Below are positions 1 through 13,000 of a DNA stretch of 64,000 nt, piece after piece (position 1 is the first letter of the stretch; each line of letters opens with the position of its first letter). The translations under genes were made by a program, and so were the position numbers. The DNA is from Dimorphilus gyrociliatus. Taxonomy: Eukaryota > Animalia > Annelida. The notes below the pieces were generated by a model, which did no database searches, was not told the origin of the DNA, and worked only from the letters and a program-made list of their open reading frames with translations. The stretch covers positions 7,833 to 71,832 of the forward strand of contig CAJFCJ010000092.1 of assembly GCA_904063045.1 (NCBI GenBank). Reading direction: 5' to 3'.

Positions 1-698
1 ATAACAAAATAGTACATTTTTCTAGGAATCTTCTTTATTCTTGGTGTGAAAACGACGACATTTTCTTTTTTTGCTAAATAAGACAATTTTTGCTTCAATG
101 ACTCATTTTTTAATTGTTTAAATAATATATGAAATGTAAGTAGAGATAATAGGTCTTTTTTTTGTTTCGTGATATTTCTGCAGGCTTGCATTTATTTAAA
201 TGAAAACAATAATCTACTTTCTTTAGGAGCATTTTCATTGACCCAATTGTTTATCACTATTGATGTCATACGAGTTTTTTGATTACAAGTTAATAATAAA
301 TATCTAAGGCGTATTTTTAGTAATATATTTTTGTTTTTTCTTATCAGCATTTATGGCTTTAAATTGATAAAGTTTTTTTAAGACAATCAGATAAAGGTTG
401 TGACTGTTGTCGGCTGTATAGAAATGTGTTAAAGCACTAATTTTTTTCTATATTTTCACATAATTTTTCTATCACAGACGAAAAAGGATCAAACAGGTAA
501 GTGTTAAAAGTTCCTTTTTGCGACCTAAATTAAATTTTCGTCTCTCTTTTCCTGTGTTTTTCATTCATAAACAATCTTGAATTATTCTTTTATCTATTTC
601 ATGATATACAGTATATATATATAAACAAGAAAAAATCAGCTTTTAATTATTGATAAACTTATCTACTTTTCCCATTGTTTAATAGCCATAAAAAAGAA

Positions 699-3600
699 AT
701 GTCCCACATCAATCCATTTTTGAGTATTTATAAGAATGAAATAAAAGATATTTTGGATTTCAAGCAAAACGATTTATTGAATGAACTTTTACGAAACGGC
801 TGTATTGCATCATCTTTTGAAAATATTTACAATTGCAAAACTGAAATAGTAGGAGATAAGATTCTCAGCCTAAATACGGAAGACTTTTTACGGGTTTTAA
901 GCAGCGTTAATCATCCTCTATCTACCCAACTTCATTATAGGATTGTAACCACTTTTTCTAATTTAATAAATGTAGTTAAGCAGAGAATTAGAGAAAAAAT
1001 TACAAGTATCAACATTCTTCCTTTCTGGAGTGGAAAATCTGTTAATATTAAATTTGAAAATATTCAAGTTCCTTTGAAGGTTTTTGCATCAACAAATAAA
1101 CATTTTGAAGTGGGAAATATTCTACATGAAATCAATATGTTTACAGGATTAGAGAAAAAAGATCGACTTTTGATATTCGGTGAAACCGGAAAAGGGAAAA
1201 CATTTCAATGTTTAAGAATTTTAAATCATTGGTCGTTTAGTCGAATTTGTTTGGATTTTCTATTTCTTCATTTAAAAGTAACAGATTTGTTGCCCACAGA
1301 AACTATTTATGATACTTTGATAAAGCAAAATTTTCCGGAAGATACCCTATATTTTAGGAATGTTTTAAAATATTATCTTGAAGATAACACAAGCGGAAAT
1401 ATAAAAATCATTCTACTTGTTGAAGATTTAGATGAATTGTATAAAACCAGCTTGAATGACTCAGAGATAATTCAAAAGTTGGAAATGTTTCCTCACATTC
1501 TTATCTGTTGGACTCGAACTCATAGAATTGATAGAATGATTCGAAATTTTAATATAACATTGGAAATCCTGGGATTTGCTGATGACGATATTAGAGCTTT
1601 CTTCTTGAAATTCTTTTCCGAAATGGATGATAATAACAGAAAAGAAACGCTCTATCATTATTTGAAAGGAGAAAAGCCAACATTTTTTCAAATGTGCTTT
1701 AATCCTTTTTTTGCAACTTTGTTTGCAGCTATTTGGGAAAATTTGAAAATTATACCAGATAATAAATATTTAGCTATTGAAGAAGCAACAAATATCCTTT
1801 TGAAAAGATGCGGTTTAATCCCTAAGACTAAGGATTATTGCGAAATTATTAAGTACATCGGGAAACAATGCCTAGAATTTATTCTTAATAACAAGCCTAT
1901 GACCTGTAATCATATCATTGAATCAACTAATAATCTTGGAGGACTTGTCTTCCTTAAAACCTTTAATCTGAAGAATCAAATTTTATGTAAAGAATACGAA
2001 TTTCTACATTTTTCTTTTCACGAATATTTTACGGCTAAATACTTGATAGAATTCTTTAAAACTACAAAGGAAGATGGCGAAAAAGAAGATATTTTAGAAT
2101 CTCTTTCCTCGATTAAAAATATAATCAAACTTAAAAATATCTTTGAATTTATTAACGTTCTAGATCGCCAATTATATTTACTGATAACGCAGAACAAAGA
2201 GTCTTTTTCATTCTTTCAAGACGATTCCCATTATCATTTAGTAGAGAAATTAAGATTAAATAATTCAAGCATGGAAGTATCCCACTTGGAGAATTGTAAG
2301 GCTTCGAATGTATTATTTAAATTTATTCTATCGAAATATTCTTCAAAATTTACGACTTTAATTTTAAGAAATGTTTTCTTTGACGATTTCTTCTTTATCA
2401 TGGCATTTACTAATGAACTTGAAAAGTTAAAAATTCTCTTTGATACCAAATTTGAAAAGTATATTTCATATATGGATATTTTTGTCTTTTTATCAAGATT
2501 TAATAATTTTAAAAAATTGACTTTGAAAAATGTTAATCTAATTTTTCCCAAAAACTTTAATCCAAGCAGTGAAATGTCAGTTTGGAAAAAGCTTCATTTA
2601 CAAAAATGTAAATTTTACGAAACTGGCGAAAATTACGGCTATACTGAGATTAGTTCTCCTTTTTCTCCTTTTCAAAGTAAGTTTCTTATTTTTCCAATAA
2701 AGATTTTCATATTATTAGAAAACACATTCAATTTTTCATGAAGGTGGAACAATAGTTGACTTTCAAAGAAGAATATCAAAAGAGAAAACAATAGAATCAT
2801 TAACACTTTTCAACTATTCTCGAGAAGTGAACAATTCTTTAGTATCGTATAAAATGAGCTGTCAAGGATTAACAGAGATTGTTATCTATTGCGATGTAGC
2901 CGAATTAAAAGACTTTCAATTATTTATATCAGCCACTGCCGACAATTTGGTACACCTTAAGAAGCTGAAAATAAAAAATTGTTATCATTCCATTAATGGA
3001 GATGCTATATCTTTAGTTTTGAAACGAAACGAACAACTAGAAACTTTAGAATTACTTGGAATTGTAATCACTGAAAGAAACAATTACGCCTTTATTCGTA
3101 GTCTAGCAGAATTGAAATGTTTAAAGAAATTAAAACTTCCTAAAATAGAATATCAACAGACCGTTTCCAAATATGAAAAAAGGATAAAAATTAGCTTTAC
3201 AATAAAATTTTCACTTACAAAATTTGCGGTAGGTTACACATATTTTTCAAACAATACTGCAAATCAATTTCTACAAGACGTTTTGGAAAATTCCACTGAA
3301 ATTAAGAAATTAAATATACAAAATGAAAGTTGTAATTTCGAAAAGGATTTTTTGGAAAGTTTTATTATAAAGAATAAAAAGTCTTTGGTGAATTTAAAAA
3401 TTTCATCAAAAAATTTGAATTTTCAAGTTGATGAATTTTTTTTTCTAATTTCAAAACATTTAAAAAACAGCCAGAATTTGAAATTAAATTTTCAATGGAA
3501 TAATTACAATTATGAAATATTATTCAAAATATTATTTTCAAAGGCATTCGATTCACTTAGAGTCGTTAGTCATGGCGAATTTCAAAGAGATTTCATTAAT

Positions 3601-5901
3601 CAGCAAATTTGCATTAATCAAATTTCAAATGTTAAAGAATTATATTTGAATGGATGTTGTCTATCTTCAAGCTTTCTAGATATTTTTAATTGTAATTTAA
3701 AGAAAATACCTTTTCTTAAAGTTTTGGATATTTCTAAAAATGATTTCACGAATGATTCATCGTTAAAATTTTTTCGTAATATTAATTTATTGGAAATGAA
3801 TATTGAAATTCTTTTGTTCTATGCTCAAAAGAATGTTACAAACGAAATTCTACTTTGTCTCGTTCAAACTTTAAAAGAGAATAGAAAGTTGAAAATTCTT
3901 AATTCTTCTAGAAATAATTTTGAAAAATCGTTCTTATTTCAAGATGATTTTGTTAATTCTAAAGAATTCAATTTAGAAAGTTCACTGAGAATTTATAATC
4001 ATTATAAATGTCTACTTCTCAATGGAAAATGTAATATTTACAGTGATAAGCCCGAAACGACTCTTATCTTCAATTCTATTGGTTTAAAAATTAACGAATT
4101 ATGCTTAAATAACATTTGTATACCAGTTCAATTTTTAAAGAATATCCTCAAGGATAATCATTATATAAAAGAATTATTTATTAACAATTGCGATATTTCG
4201 CAAGAATCCAGCGAATATTTGGGTAGGTTAATAAGATATCAGAATGACCTCAAATTTATAGCTTTCATTAAAGTGGATTTATCAGCTAGTATCGGAGAAA
4301 ATCTATTTTACAATTATCCTTCAAAGTGTTGCAACTTAATTACATTACGACTCGATGATTGTATTCTTTCAAATGATATGTCTGTCTATTTGGGAAAATT
4401 CTTGGAATATCAGACCGATCTGAATGAATTGTGCTTAACTTCGGCCTCTTTACTATCAGACATTGGCAAAAACATCTTTCTGAGTAATACCTTAAACTTG
4501 AATGGTATAGCACATTTGAATTTAAGTTATTGTAAATTATCTCCTATAGGAGCAGAATGCGTTGGAAATTTTATAGGAAGCTCACCAAACCTAAAAATTT
4601 TAGACCTATCTTCCGTCAATATGTTGGATGATATTGGTAAAATAATTTTTAAAACTTTTTCTCAAGGATGTAATCTACTGGAAATTAATTTAAGTAATTG
4701 CCAATTTTCCTACGACTCATCTATATATGTAGGCCTATTTATTGCGCAACAACTGCGATTGAAGACATTAAATTTGCAATCAGTAAATTTTAGGGAAGGA
4801 ATTGGAAGAAATTTACTTGGAGGAGTTCCATTAGGGTTGTGTGGAATTGAAGTAATAAATTTAAAAAATTCAGTCATTTGCGAAGAAACCGCCTATTATC
4901 TAGGATTGTTACTTTCACATCAAACACAATTGAAATCTCTTAATTTAGAATATAATAATCTTTCAGGAAAGATTGGAATGAATGTCTTTTTATACGAAGG
5001 ACAGCCAAAGAGAGATGTTAATTTTGAAATAAACTTAAAGCAAAGCATCTTTTCTGCAGAGAGCGTACATTGTTTAGGAAAATTTATTGGATTATATAGT
5101 CATATATCGTCCCTGAATTTAAGCCTATTGGATTTATCATGTGGAATAGGTAACCATTTATTTAAAAATATGAATTTCGAACAATCTATAATGGATAATC
5201 TGGATTTGTCTTATTGTAAATTGTCTTTTGATTTCGTTGAAAGTTTTGTTACGTTTTTTGATAGTCTTTCAAAGATTAATGAACTCGACTGGAGTAATGT
5301 AGACTTATCAGATACAACAGGAGTTTCCCTATTTTCCAATCTTACTTCCCGTTCCGTGCGAGTTGTCTACATGAATTGTGATAATTGCGTTATTTGTAGT
5401 AAAATGTCCAAATATTTCGGTGCTTTTATTGAACAATGTAATTTATCTGCCCTATCATTAAGATCGGTAGACTTGTCTGGAGAAAGAGGAAAAACTCTGT
5501 TCGAGGGTATAAGTTCAAAATGTTGCAATATAACTGATCTATTCCTAAGCGAATGTAAGTTTTCCACAGATATGTCGTTCTTTTTAGGACAATTTATAGG
5601 ATATCAAACGAAATTAAGAACATTGGAAATGACTGGAACGGATTTATCTGATGATATAGGAAAGAACATATTTGAAAATATTTCACAAAGATGCTTCAAG
5701 ATAATTTCTCTCAATATAAGCAATTGTAAATTTTCTTCCAATATGACTGACTATCTGACTAAGGCTTTAGATATGAATAGTGAATTATGGGTAGTCAATT
5801 TATCATCAACAGATTTAACATTCAATGGTGGAAAACATGTCATTGAGAAATTATCTTCATCTTTTATAAAAAATGTAGATTTAACTAATTGTACCTTTTA
5901 A
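699..5901 (+). CDS. NACHT-LRR (NLR-like) protein 1, ~1711 aa, exons 699-2676 and 2744-5901
   Basis: Walker A GETGKGKT, Walker B-like ILLVEDLDEL, and winged-helix motif YEFLHFSFHEYFTAKYL. A phase-1 intron (GTAAGT at 2677, AG at 2742-2743) joins ORF 675..2741 in frame to ORF 2827..5901, which has ~57-aa RI-like LRR periodicity. An upstream intron (497-685) probably lies in the 5' UTR, and Met 699 is the first ATG after it. Confidence 0.88.
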
Positions 5902-6073
5902 AAATAGTGTGTATGTATGCATGTACATTTTGTATTATTTCTTACCAGTTTATAGTTGGTTTTAAATTTCAAAAATAAAAGAGAAAATTAGATGATAGAC
6001 CATTTAATGAAACACTCTGTTTTGTATTTTCTTGTATATTCACAGAAAATATTCCAAGAACATTTTTATGTTT

Positions 6074-7351
6074 TCATAATTGACTTTGCGATAGTGTACG
6101 CTTATGAAGTCTTTTGTAATGCATATAATATATTCCGCAATCATTTCCAATGGAATTCTTGTATGAACGTAATAGATAATCTCCATTTTCAGAGCTACCT
6201 TCTCCAAAATGTAATATATTTAATTGTTGTAAATTTAAACAAGATCTTATAAAATTTTTCATCAATTCCATTTCTTCTAATCCAAAGAAATAACCTGCTA
6301 AAGAAAGCGTCTCTAGCGTCTTTGACGATTGATTTAAACTATATAAAATTGATTCCAAGTGGAAACAATATCGATTTGAATATAAAAGAGATACGGCTCT
6401 AAGATTTTGACATTTTCCCAATAACACAGTCTGTCGTTCAAGAATGGTTTCATCCTTCCCTTTATAGTTTTGCGGTAATTGCAGTACTTTTAAGGTTTTG
6501 GCTGAAGAGTATAATCCAGTTAAAATATATTTAAATCCACTAGATTCAATTCCGTTGAATCTAATAATAAAAGTTTCAATATTTTTACAGGAATTTAACA
6601 AATCTCCCAAAGCAATACAGCTTTTTTCAGTAAAGAAAATTCCAGTAAGCTGTAGAGTCTTTAAACTTTGTGAAGATGATTTAAATTGATTTAACAATCC
6701 TTCGGAAATTCGAAAGAATTCTTGACCAAATGTGAACATATTTAATCGAATTTTATCTAGATTTCTACACGATTTAAATAGATATCTCAAAAATTTTATT
6801 TCTTTTTTACTTAGACCTTCGTAACTCAATTCAAAATTTGTTAGTGTTTTAGAAGAGTATTTTAAACCTTCGAATATTGGATATAACTCGCATTTTCCTT
6901 GTGGTGAGCATAGTTTAAATTCTTTCAGTTTTGAACATTTTTTAAGCTGTTTGCACAGATTCGTTACACCAATGCTATCAAGTGTACATCGTTCTATAAT
7001 CAACTCTTTAATAGACGAATATAGGCTTAAATAGTATATATTTTTCAAACTACATAGTTTCAATTCTTCTATGGTGTTATCCTTTAAAATAGCAAGATTT
7101 TCAATATTTGAAAATCTTCCATTATCATTGTTTAATATCAATATTTTCGAATTTTGAAAGAAATAGGAGAAAAACTGCAATTGTCTTTCAGTAAAACAGT
7201 TATTACCTGATTGTTGTTCCAGATATTCAAAGATGATTTTATAAATAGTAAATGGTATTATTAATTTATGCCATTCTTTTAAATTTATTATTGCATTAAG
7301 GTTATCTGCAATTGATTTTAAACACAAATCCTTTAATGTCAAAATATACAT
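6074..7351 (-). CDS. LRR protein with N-terminal Elongin BC-box/Cullin-box-like motif
   Basis: 425-aa single-exon ORF. N-terminal TLKDLCLKSI matches the (S/T)LxxxCxxx(I/V) BC-box and is followed by IPFTIYKIIFEYL. RI-like LxxLxL repeats (e.g. LKEFKL, LKTLQL, LKVLQL, LETLSL). Confidence 0.75.
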   Translation of the reverse strand: MYILTLKDLCLKSIADNLNAIINLKEWHKLIIPFTIYKIIFEYLEQQSGNNCFTERQLQFFSYFFQNSKILILNNDNGRFSNIENLAILKDNTIEELKLCSLKNIYYLSLYSSIKELIIERCTLDSIGVTNLCKQLKKCSKLKEFKLCSPQGKCELYPIFEGLKYSSKTLTNFELSYEGLSKKEIKFLRYLFKSCRNLDKIRLNMFTFGQEFFRISEGLLNQFKSSSQSLKTLQLTGIFFTEKSCIALGDLLNSCKNIETFIIRFNGIESSGFKYILTGLYSSAKTLKVLQLPQNYKGKDETILERQTVLLGKCQNLRAVSLLYSNRYCFHLESILYSLNQSSKTLETLSLAGYFFGLEEMELMKNFIRSCLNLQQLNILHFGEGSSENGDYLLRSYKNSIGNDCGIYYMHYKRLHKRTLSQSQL

Positions 7352-8650
7352 TAGAATTCTTCTATTTTACGAAAAATATTCATCTGTAGAGTAGAGTTTA
7401 TCATAATTCAAACTTATTCCAGTTATAAAATACGGTGTCCACGAGTAGATAGAACAGGTAAATATAAGAGAAAATAATTACTTTTATCTTGTTTTTAGGG
7501 ATGATGAGCATCATTGTATATGAAAATAATAATCTACAATTTCTGTTTTGTGCCTTTTGTTTGTGTGTGTGTGTGGTAATAAACTAATAATAGACTCTGT
7601 ACAATAGAATTGATATGTGCAAGACAATGAAGGCCTATTATACTATTCTAAAATATTTTACTAATGAAATTAATGTAATTATAGTAATAATTAATTAATT
7701 TATTCATTAAATGAAGAAATTGATGGAATTAGCAAAATTATAAAATTATATAAACTGTGTCCGTTTTTGAAGGATTTTCTTTATAAATATAGCAATATTG
7801 ATCATATCTTTCTGTAATTTCTCTTCCTCTCCGGAAACCAGGTGTTTAGTGATTAAATTATAAAATTTACCATTTTTATTTATCTACAAAATAACATAAG
7901 ACAAAGTCATTTTGAAATTTGTAAATAAACAATTACAAACAATTAGGTAAACATTTGAAAAATCAATAAAACCATTGTAAAGAGAGGCGGTTTTTATGAG
8001 CAACATATCTCTTGGAATTTCATAAATATTTTCCATTTTGTAAAATTTTTGGCTATTTCTAAGTTTGTCTAAAAAGATTAGTGAATTTTTATCCAGTAAG
8101 CATCTATTCAATAATTGCATATATGATAAATCTGGAAAGAGAAGAAGTGTTGAAATTTCTAAACTAGCTTTATTCTATGATATTTAATAATAACAATTTG
8201 AATGATTTAGCTCTACAACATCATTAATTTGATTTAATCTGAAAAAGTAAAGATGTAAATATAATTGTTGAATAATTATCATTTATCAAACTCTTTATCT
8301 ATCTTCTTTTACTATTCTCATTGAATAATTTGCGGTAGTCTCGTTGTCTAGGTTGTGTAATAATATTCTTCCTTTAAAGTCACAGAGAAAACCATCAGTT
8401 AAAGGAATTAGAAGAGTAAATAAACCAAATTGATATGAACACCATTTTGTTGTCATTATTGATGGCTGCGAAATACGACAATTGTTGTTGAATAAAATAT
8501 AAAAATTATCACTACAGAAGGCTAATCATCAAATACTTCAGAAAAATTATTAATTAGATTGATTTTCCTCTTTAAATTAACCTTACAAAGTTAATATGAA
8601 ATACGAATATATGGTATGTATTATATTCTTAATATTTTATAGAATAGTTA

Positions 8651-9609
8651 CTATCCTATCTGAATAGGTCTTCTTTCAGTATTTTCTCTTATCCATTCAA
8701 GTTTACTTGCAACTCTGGCGTAAACTCCTGGGTTTCCTGGTTCGGCACAACCTCTTCCCCATGATGCTAATCCAACTACTTCAAATCGACCGTTGTTGTT
8801 GTAAGCTAGAGGACCACCGGAATCTCCTTGACATATATCTCTTCCGGGCGTTGAGGCGCATACCATGCTTTCATCAATGCTTCCTGGATATGATGCGTTA
8901 CATCTGCTGTTTGACCAAATTTCAACGTTAGTATATCTTAATACATGGGGAATGGGACCACCAGAAACAGTGGCTCCCCATCCAGAAGAAGTAGCTATAA
9001 CATTAACGTAATCAGTGAGTCTGGGAGAACAAGCTGCAGCAACATTATCATTTAATTCTAAAGAATTAGCCAATTGAAGGAGTGATATATCATTTGAGTG
9101 TCTTAATGGGTTTGTGTAGCGCTCGTGGTTGATTACTGTTAAGATATTCGACCTCTGTTCATTATTAAGTGGATTGCTTCTATTGTGAGCCCCAGCAACA
9201 ATAATTAAACCATTAAAAGATCCAATGGGAGTACAATGAGCAGCAGAAAGAGCCCAATTACTGTTGATAACAACTGCACCACAAACATGGCTTTCAAACA
9301 CTCTTAAACTCAACTAAATTATTTTAAAAAATGACATTTCTCATGGAGAAATCTTTCTATAGAATAATTATTTTGTGTCTACTTGATAAGGGAATTCATT
9401 TGCTCTCGCTTCCCAACCTCCAACTATTCTGTCAAATTTATCGCTTCTTTGCTCAGGAGCCGGATTCGGGTATTTGCTTCTCCCGCATTCTGCTAAGATA
9501 AAAATGAAAAATATACGAAAAATGAATGAAAAAAAATGATAAAATGATTATTACAGAGCCATTGGGCAGTTGTATATGAAAGAAACAATAAAATTAGTAG
9601 AGCCTTCAT
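8651..9609 (-). CDS. Secreted trypsin-like serine protease (S1A), exons 9609-9555, 9492-9383, 9313-8651
   Basis: The spliced model gives signal peptide MKALLILLFLSYTTA and activation site R-IVGG. Catalytic motifs AAHC, DISLL and GDSGGP are present, with Asp at the S1 pocket (RDICQGDSGG). All introns are GT-AG and in frame. Confidence 0.95.
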
Positions 9610-10045
9610 GTTAAAAATGTTGTTTTGATTCGAAAATAAAAAACTGATTGTTTAATGTCTAACTAAATATTCTTTTAGAGTAGTAACGCAATCTAATCAA
9701 TTATTATCTCGTAAAACTCCTGTTCATTCCCATTTCTATTTTTAGCATTCAAAATGATTGAATTTACGCACGTGTTACTATTTCTCTTTTGCCTATTCTT
9801 TTTAAATAGATGATGATAAAGACAGTTTTCTAATGCTTCTTATATTTCTTATTTAAAGTTAAATAAGTAACTCATTCTAGTTTTAATAGAGTTCTAATAA
9901 AATTATAATCTATTGAACTCTTAACAAAGTAATTGACATTTAACGTTTTTAAATGTTACATTGTTATTTAATATGGAATTTTCTACGTCGAAGGTTAGGT
10001 ATTCAAAGTTTGTCATTCATGTTGGGTGTAACTGAGAAGGAGAAC

Positions 10046-13000
10046 ATGAATTTTTGTTTATTATCTCTTCTATTATCTTCATTTATTGAATTTACAATCA
10101 ATAAAAAAGAATTGAATAAATCAACATTTTCATTTTTCTATAACAATCCCGAAAAGAACTTTAACGAAGGACAAATTGTTGTTTCAACTAAGGGTCTCTT
10201 CCTAAAAAGACCAGAATTTATCTATTACTACGACACTTATGATATATATCTGGGCTATAATCAAAGTAAAGAAAATATGTATGGTTTACATTTGGATTTT
10301 GACGATTGTGATCATTCAACCGAATTCAAACATTTTCTAGTTAAAGAATTAAATTGCGACATTGCTTTTACAAAGTTCTATCCATGCCAAAAAGGAGGTA
10401 AGGTTGAAAATATTGGAGATTTTATTCAATATTCATTCGTCGTTTCTCCATAGTTAGTCAGGTTCCATATCTATCTGTAAGAACTTTTAAACCATGCTGT
10501 GAATAGTAAGTGTTAGAATAGTGAAAGAATACCTACAGTATATTATACTCAATTTTAGTAGATTGGGTGGTTTGTATATGAATCCTCTTTGTATGAAATG
10601 CTTTAAAAGGAATAAATCTTGTAAGATGTTTCTTCATCTCTATAATCAATTTGAATCTATTTATGAATTTTTTAGTTATGTTTGGCTTTCATTCAATTGT
10701 TACTGATACATATTTTCCAATACTTAGAAGAAATGGGTCGAGTTTTAGAGTTTATTTTAATGATAATGATTTCCAAGAAATTTGCCAAAATGTTGAATTT
10801 ATAATTGGTGATAAATTTATTACCCAACAAGAATTATCCTATAAGAGATGCAATTTTATAAACAAAACCTTCATTTTTAATTCTAAATCTACTCTGCAAA
10901 AATCTGTTTGTCAAAGATTTCATTTTAACGGTTTAATTATACCTTTTATACCATATTTTTAAACAATTTATTCAATTTTATACAAGAAAAATAATTTCAT
11001 TATTACAGATATTACATTGAAAAAGACAAAAACAAGTCTTAGGCTTAGTTCAAAGTTGTATGGCAGATTATTACCTAAATTTAAAAGTGTAGTAGATATT
11101 ATGGATATTATGGAGAATATTTGTAAAATGCAATCTAAAACTTTTTCACCAATATCAATCAAAGAGAACCGTTTTAAAAGTGAAGATGGATGCTTAAGCT
11201 ATTTTCACAAAATATTCTCTTTTTCAAGTTTAGTTTTTGGAAAGTGTAATTGGAATATTTCTACTTCTAGTTTTCCTTGTTTACCTACAATAAGCAGATC
11301 TGTTCATTCTTTTGATTTTAAATGCGCAGAGAGGATGTTAGCCAAAGGTAAATATTTAAATAATAAACATTTCTCTTATGCAGTCTTTTTTTGGCTATTT
11401 TCCATAGATTTTACCTTTAGACTATGGAGGAATGATACTCATCAACTTTATAATAAAACAACTGAAGGCAAAGAATTTTCCGGAATCGTTCAAGTTTCAC
11501 TCAACAACATCTTTTATAATGTTAATCCAAAATTTATTAGAGTCAAAGAAGTAAATCTTTTATGCAAATATTTCGGATTCAGTCAAGGAACTCAAATTTT
11601 TGACGAAAAACAAAGATTAATAACAACCGTAAAATCTTTTAATCTTCGTTGTTCAATGAATGCTACTCAACTTGAAATGTGCTTGAAAGACGATTATAAA
11701 AATGATTTGACTAAATCGCAATATTTCTTCGAGTCTTCCGAAAATGTTGGAGGAGACGGTTCTTTACTCAACAGATACAATACGCTAAGCAAGACAACCT
11801 TTGCATTAGGTTATTTTATCATAAATCTATTAATAATTTAAGATTGATTAACTTCTCTTCAAATGCCATTTTAGCCCAAAATGCAACTTCAATTAGATGC
11901 TATTCCTCCAACAGCAAAAGTAGGTTAACATTCAGGGGTCTATTATTAATCGAAAGCCATCTTTTGATAGGTTGCTCTTTTATAAATGGACAAATCGACG
12001 CTATAAATTTTTACGATACTTGCTATTATATGTTTTCTTATGAGAAAGAATTGAATATTTACGAAGTTGAAAGGTTTTGCAACGGGAACAGTTTATCTAT
12101 CGTTGACTTATCATTCATCAGTACACATTATATCATAGGAAATTGGCTAACCCGTATTGGATATAATACACAAATTCCTAGTCGTCAGTATACATTACAT
12201 TAGGTATCATGAAGAGTTAACTACTTTAACTAATTTCTCAGGAAGAGGTATTTTAAAACTACTCAACAACAAAGAGATTTATATTTCATCGCCCAACTTC
12301 TCGTATCCTATTGAATATATGCAAAACAGCGTTTACATCAATACATATTCCTCAGTAAAATCTCTCTGTGAAGATATAATAAACAAATTGCGAAATTATG
12401 ACAAACAAAGAAGGACTGAATGCTTTCATTTAATTTCAAACGACTTTTTAAGATTATCCAGAATAGAGAATACAAAATGCTCAAATAAATATAACACATT
12501 TATTTGTCAGTCAATGTTAGGTATGAAATTTTCTGTTGAATATCGTCCACGGCGTGAGATTTTAGGGATTGTATCTTGAATGAGGGGTTATGAGTATCTT
12601 ACGATAAATGGCATACATTAAGGGCTAGGTTAAAAATGGAATAGTTCTGCCATCCAATGTCCATGGGATTTTTATATCTTCATAAATTTTTTGCTTACAG
12701 TAGTGTAATAATATTTATAAATATGGCAGATATTAACAATAAAAGAACAAAGATAAATGCATGGATTCCTTCTGATTTGAAACAATTCTTTTACTGCTCA
12801 AAGGAAATGTATTATATTAATATAATCTATGTTTGTGATGGAGTTAACGATTGCTTAGATTCGGGTGAAGATGAAAGATATTGCATTAGACAATTTTTTC
12901 AGTGTTCTAATGGCCAATTGATTGCCTATCAGTTTGTATGCAATCACATAAAGGATTGCCTTGATGGTTCCGACGAATATTGCGGTAGCTATATTTATTG

